Part shown: one piece after another, positions 37,860 through 43,609 of the stretch | Layout: the number at the start of each line of letters is the position of its first letter | Numbering within the stretch: the stretch's first letter is position 1 | Origin: Chiloscyllium plagiosum | Taxonomy: Eukaryota | DNA length: 43,609 nt | Assembly (NCBI RefSeq): GCF_004010195.1 | Contig: NC_057753.1 | Span: forward strand, 13,195,446-13,239,054 | Reading direction: 5' to 3' | The notes under the pieces: model-generated | The model's database searches: none | Told to the model about the DNA's origin: nothing | Seen by the model: the letters and a program-made list of their open reading frames with translations, nothing else | Made by a program: the position numbers and the translations under genes

Positions 37860-38605
37860 CACGTGATCTAGCTGGTGACTCAGACATGCGGATGAATCAT
37901 TGAATCCCTTGTAGTATACATGGCAGATTAATGGCCTCTGCCTAGAATGAGTTTGCTGGTGTTTCATCAAATCATCGCTGCTTCTAAAGCTCTTATCACA
38001 GTCAGAGCATTTAAATGGTCTCTCATCACTGTGAATAAGCCTGTGTCTGCTGAGAGTGGAGGACCACATGGAGCAGGGTAAAGGTTTCTGCCCAGTGTGA
38101 ATACGTTGGTGATCACTGAGTGTACATGACCATGTAAATCACTTCCCACACGCAGTGCAAGTGTATGGTCTCCTTGTAGTGTTACCATGGTGGTATATCA
38201 GAAGCTGTGTTGATTTAATAAATCCCCTTCCACACACAGAGCAGATGAATGATCTCTCCAGTGTGAATAGGTCTTTGATAAGTGAAGTGGGAAAAACAAG
38301 TGAATCCCTTCCCACACATGGACCAGGTGAACGGTTTCTCCCCACTGTGAACACATTGATGTGTAGTGAGGCTGGATAACTCTGAAGCTCTTCCCAAACT
38401 GAGAGCAGATGCATGGTCCCTCTATAGTGTGAGATGGCTTAACTGACCTTCGATTGGACATGAGGCCCGCCCTTCATACAGATCAGTTAAAACGTCCGTC
38501 TCTAGTGTGAACCCAATTGTATGACATTAGGCTCGACCACGGTTCCCTCACCGTGCACAGAGCAGATGAACGTTCTCTCCTGGTGGTGAAGACGTTCGTG
38601 AGCAT
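37860..38605 (-). pseudogene. C2H2 zinc-finger pseudogene
   Basis: Frameshifted fingers: [40 protein letters not shown]. Confidence 0.85.
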
Positions 38606-38609
38606 CTTT

Positions 38610-39415
38610 AATTTATATATTAAGGCAGAGTCCATCTGAGACTTTTCTTGTGAGGCTGCCTCTCTGGCCACTTGGTCGGCCAGAGTGCTCCCTTGGGCTT
38701 CTGTGGTGGTTTCTTTGGTACGGACATAACATTTCAGGCTGAAGACTGCTTGGACTAACTGTGTAGGTTCAAGTAGAGTTTGAACTTTGTTCCTATTTTG
38801 GATGGGTCTGTAAGAAATCCCCTCTTTTTCCATAGTGCCCCGAAATTGTCAGCTACTCCACATGCACAGCGGGAATCTGTGTAGATATTAGCCATCTGTC
38901 CCTCTGCTATCTTGCGTTCCTCCGATAGACTATGCAACTCAGCCTGTTTGGTGGATGTTCTGGGCAGTGCACTACCTTTTTCCACGACTTCATCTCGACT
39001 GGTGACTGCCCATCCCACTATTGTGACCCTGCTTTCAACGAAAGAGGACTCATCCATAAAAAGAACTAGGACGGGTTCCCCTGCTGCTAGAGCTGCTTCG
39101 TCTATTTTTTTTTAATTTCCAATCCCATCCCACTATTGTGACCCTACTTTCAACGAAAGAGGACTCATCCATAAAAAGAACTAGGACGGGTTCCTCTGCT
39201 GCTAGAGCTGCTTCGTCTATTTTTTTTAATTTCCAATCAGTCTTGTCCCCATTTCCTCCCTCTTCTTGCTGTCCGGACACTTGGAGCATAGTTGCAGGGT
39301 TAACTGGACAGGCACAGACAATGTAGAGACTGGGGGCTACTAGCACTGCCATCCAGTGGGTTCACCTAGTTTCTATTATTTGCGATACTCTATTCATTGA
39401 CTGTAAGGCGTATTC
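38610..39415 (-). mobile_element. ERV pol connection/RNase H fragment
   Basis: VNPATML; LFMDESSF...STKQAELHSL...ANIYTDSR...FGALWKKRGFLT. Confidence 0.85.
39009..39237. repeat. 115-bp tandem duplication in RNase H
   Basis: 39009-39123 and 39124-39237 near identical. Confidence 0.9.
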
Positions 39416-39659
39416 TTGTTATGTTCTTTTCCCAAGGTTTCACACACGAGATGCAATTCGCACACACCAACTTCTGAAAACAGTTGAAGTTTATTAAAGC
39501 CTGAACAAGCTAGGTGACCATTTTGACTCTCCTCTCAAGCGTGCAAAGTCAAGTCAAAAGAGGCCCTGAACAAAGGAAACACATCCCCTTTATACAGGTC
39601 AGTTGGTAATGCTCACAGGTACTCCAGCTACTCCACTCCCCCATAACCACGTTACGCCA

Positions 39660-40010
39660 GATGCAATAGTCGGATGAGGTCATCTTTGGAGATGCCAGGG
39701 TGCCAGGAACCTGAGTTCAATTCTACCCCTGGTCGACTGTCTGTGTGGAGTTTGCAATTCTTGCTGTGTCTGCATGAGTTTCCTTTGGGTCCTCCGGTTT
39801 CCTCCCACAATCCAAACATGTGCAGGTTAAGTGGTCTAAATTGATCAGTCTAAATTGCTCACGGTGGCCAAGATGCACAGGCTAGGTGGGCTAGCCACGG
39901 AAAATACAGGGTTTATAGAGATGGACCAGGTCTGGTGGGATGCTCTTTGGAGGGTCAGTGTCGATAAGATGGGCCACATGGCCCTGCTTCCATACATCAG
40001 AGATTCTAAA
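39660..40010 (+). mobile_element. Older HE1-like SINE
   Basis: Degenerate B box and V-domain. Confidence 0.7.
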
Positions 40011-40019
40011 AAAAACTAG

Positions 40020-41160
40020 CACACCTAGATCCAGCTACTAAAGGGTTTCCACAGCTGTACTATCATACTTCAAATCACAATGCAAAATCATTTGTAAGAG
40101 TTACCCACTACAGTTATTCAGTATGTGGATGATGTTCTAGTCACCTCCAGTATAGAGGAACAGCATGAACAAGATCTATGAGTCCTGCTGTACCACCTGC
40201 ACTCCCAAGAATATGAAGCCAATTTTAGCTAGTTTCAAGTGTTGCAGGAAGGGCTTGTGTATCTGGCACAAAAGATTTCAGAGGGAAAAAGATAGAACTC
40301 ACCCAGGACAGATCTGCAGCAATTCAGAAGGCCCGAGACTCCACCATCATCCGGGAGCTCAAATCCATTCTAGGATGGTGCACCTATAATAGAAACTGGA
40401 GAGACTCCTACACACAAGATTAGATTATATTATGTTCTTTTCCCAAGGTTTCACACACCGTGGGCGGCACGGTGGCACAGTGGTTAGCACTGTTGCCTCA
40501 CAGTGCCAGAGACGCGGGTTCAGTTCCTGCCTCTGACAACTGACTGTGTGGGGTTTGCACGTTCTCCCAGTGTCTGCGTGGGTTTCCTCCGGGTGCTCCG
40601 GTTTCCTCCCACAGTCCAAAAATGTCCAGGTCAGGTGAAGTGGCCATGCTAAATTGCCCGTAGTGTTAGGTAAGGGGTAAATGTAGGGGTATGGGTGGGT
40701 TGTGCTTCGGCGGGGCGCTGTGGACTTGTTGGGCAGAAGGGCTTGTTTCCACACTGTAAGTAATCTAATCTAATCTAAACAACTAGCACAGCTACTGACC
40801 CACTTCCTAAAGGGCAGTAAAACATCAACGGAGGTTATCACTCTCACAGAATAGCAACAAGAGGCTTTTAGGAATCTAAAAGAAAAGTCCTGTGCTCGAC
40901 ACCAGCTTTGGGAATTCCTGACAGTGGGAAGCCATTTACCTTTGTCGTAAATGAAAAGGAAGGATACATGACAGCCATACTGATGCAAGAACATGGAGAT
41001 TTGCAAAAACCTATTGGATGCTACTCAACACAACTGGACACAGTAGCCATAGGATGGGGAAGATGTATAAAGATCATAGAAGCCACATGTCAAGCTTGAT
41101 AGCCACTGCAGGTTTGGTCCTTACCAAAAATTAACAGTGAAGTGTCTCCACACAGAATGT
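40020..41160 (+). mobile_element. ERV RT core/connection fragment in inverted orientation
   Basis: VIQYVDDVLV; GIPDSGKPF...PIGCYSTQLDTVAIGW. Confidence 0.82.
40460..40778 (+). mobile_element. HE1-type V-SINE
   Basis: Highly similar to 23843-24160; (TAATC)n tail. Confidence 0.88.
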
Positions 41161-41599
41161 AATATTAAAAGATTAAATACTACTATCACTCTGGATATTA
41201 ATGTAATGTTAAAGGGTTAAATCATATGTCTTTCTCCAAAAAGCTGAACATTCTGGAAGTGGGTGGGGGTGACATTCTGTGTCACAAACAGAATGCAGGA
41301 ATTTGGATGACTCTCCCTTGTAATCCACACTTCATTTGGCAGCCATTTACTACTATCATACAGCTATTATCAAATTAAACTTGCATTCAGTCCCTTCCAT
41401 TCAGAAATGCTTTCATAGTCATCCCCCAGCCAATCAAATTCATTTGTGTGAGCATCCCCCCGATACTGAAGTATATCACACCTACATTCTCTGGGGAAGT
41501 AGCGGAACTAGAACTCGTTTGCAGGGCCACCCCTACATATCACACCTACATTGTCTTGGGAATCATGGAGTCAGGAAATCATTTGCATAACAATTTCCC

Positions 41600-42710
41600 A
41601 GGATTAGGGCATTTACATTTTTTGGTGCATTGAGGGGCGACGGGTGAATGATGCTTGTTCCATTGGAGCAAGCCGTAATCATTCTTATCCTTTGCCCAGA
41701 TTGGGTGGTCTCTTAACTCTTCCTTTTTTGTGCATCTTATGGACCAGTTCATTTCACCATCTTCAAAATGCAAAGTGGGGTTTACCTGGGTCAGAAATGT
41801 CCATTCCCAAGAGAGCTGGTTCCACCGGTCCTACCCAAACCAGTGATAAAGTTATTAATTCATGCAGGCCAGATTCAATGGGCACCGGATGTGCTCTTTT
41901 AATAGTAAGACTTTTGCTTCCGACTCCACGTGCTGTGATTGTTTTCCCATCCAAGGGTAGCTATTATCCATTGAACAGCTTAATTCCACTCCAGTTTCCA
42001 AAAAACAGTCAATTTCTTGGTTGCCCACCCTAATAAGGACATAAATGCTGTCCTCTCATTGTTGTTGTACGAGAGCCATCAGGGATATGGTGAGGGAGAG
42101 GGCAAGCTCCTCTCGGGTTTTCTTATAATCACCATTTTGTTTTGTTGATGTGCAGTCAAATTCTTGATCCTGTTAATCAAGCATTTGCTCTGGGGCGGGT
42201 GTCATCCTAGTTAGAGTTGTCTTGCGATCCACCTTAAGTCTTGTCTCTTGGTCATACAAGTCCTCACCCAATGCCCTCTTTCCTGCAATAATGACATTTG
42301 GCGGGCGGCCTTCCTGACAATTGTTTCTTACTTGTTTTTTTTTCCCCTCATTACTCTCACCTTAGCACCAATGTCCCTGTGCAGCCTATGGCACCAAATT
42401 TCCGACTGTCATTGGGATTGTCCTCCCAGTGGTTATGGGCTACTTTCTATATTTTAGCTAGTTCCTGCTTCAGTTCTGCCACAAATACAACCTTTACTGG
42501 TCCAACAGTACGGTTATCGAAATCATTGAGCTCCCTAATGTCAAATTCAGGGTGATCTGACCATGCCACCTTAAACCTTTCAAAATAATCAAGTGGATTT
42601 TCGTTCACTTTTCATGTTCATGCCAGCACCTTTGTCCAGTCCGTCTTTGGGGCACAAATGTCTCACAACCAGTTCCGTATTGCTTCCGTATTCTTTTCCA
42701 AATTTTGTCT
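41600..42710 (-). mobile_element. ERV gag-protease fragment
   Basis: MHR-like ENPLDYFERFK; CCHC knuckle CHYCRKEGHWVRTC (~42255-42300); protease-like ...PALLGMD; HPIWAKDKNDYG. Confidence 0.7.
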
Positions 42711-42779
42711 GTCCAAGCCTACTCCTCCATGCACTCTCCCACTCAAACATTGACCTTCGCTAAGATATTATTTTCTGGG

Positions 42780-43609
42780 TCTGTAGATTGTAAAGGAGCA
42801 AAAATGGCCTTTGCAGTGATATGTACTTCTTGTCAGATGTGGCAGTTTAAAGAGAGTTTAAGGGTTACTGTGGATTATATCTGCCATAAATGCTGTTGGA
42901 TGCGAATCCTATCAGATCGAGTGGATCGGTTGAAGAGACAGATAGATGCGATGAGGAATTTGCAACAGCAACAGTATGTGATGGATGGCAGTTAGAGGAA
43001 GGGGGGAAAGTCTCAAATACAGTCACACAGTTGGGTTAACTCCAGGAAGGGTGAGAGAGGTCGACACCTAGGGCAGGAGTCTTTTGTGGATATACCCATT
43101 TCAAACAGGTATGCTGTTTTGGAAAATGTAGGGGGTGATGGATTCTCAGGGGAACGTAGCACGAACAGCCAGGTTTCTGGTATTGAGACTGGCTCTAATG
43201 CAACAAGGGTTATGTCAGTTTCCAAGAGATCAATTGCGTTCGGGGATTCTGCAGTCAGAGGTACAGACAGATGTTTCTGTGGCCAGCAGAGAAAAAGCAG
43301 AATTGTGTGTTGTTTCTCTGGTGCCAGGATCAAGGATGTCTCAGAGATGGTGCAGAATGTTCTCACGGGGGAGAGGGGCCAGCACATTGTCCACATTGGA
43401 AACAATAACATTGGAAGGGAAAAGATTGAGACTCTGAAGGGAGATTACAGAGAGTTAGGCAGAAATTTAAAAAGGAGGTCCTCAAAGGTAGTAATATCTG
43501 GATTACTCCCAGTGCTATGAGCTAGTGAGGGCAGGAATAGGAGGATAGAGCAGATGAATGCATGGCTGAGGAGCTGGTGTATGGGAGAAGGATTCACATT
43601 TTTGGATCA
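42780..43609 (+). mobile_element. CR1 LINE ORF1 (zinc finger/coiled coil + SGNH esterase), disrupted, runs off window
   Basis: CTSCQMW...YICHKC; ISNRYAVL; GDSAVRG...GARIKDV...HIGNNNI...VISGLLP. Confidence 0.85.

Overview
Eukaryotic (vertebrate) genomic DNA, most likely from a shark; this is inferred from HE1-type and Deu-domain SINEs, shark-style CR1 and Penelope repeats, and the T-cell receptor V style. The first ~6 kb is the edge of a TCR alpha/delta-type V cluster with four V segments. One is a + strand pseudogene. One + strand V has an intact leader, splice sites and 23-RSS but has lost both the conserved first Cys and the Trp. One - strand V is fully intact. One - strand pseudogene appears to have an intronless leader. 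The rest is a repeat-dense C2H2 zinc-finger neighbourhood: one 16-finger ORF whose N-terminal fingers have decayed, two ZNF pseudogenes and three CpG-rich promoters. Mobile elements include a decayed Gmr1-type (integrase-before-RT) Gypsy element with a SCAN-like capsid, a rearranged ERV, CR1 and Rex/Babar LINEs, SINEs, and many Penelope-like elements whose ends carry minimal hammerhead ribozyme motifs and inverted repeats. No clearly new biological system can be established from sequence alone; the best candidates are ranked in findings. Coordinates of degenerate repeats are approximate.
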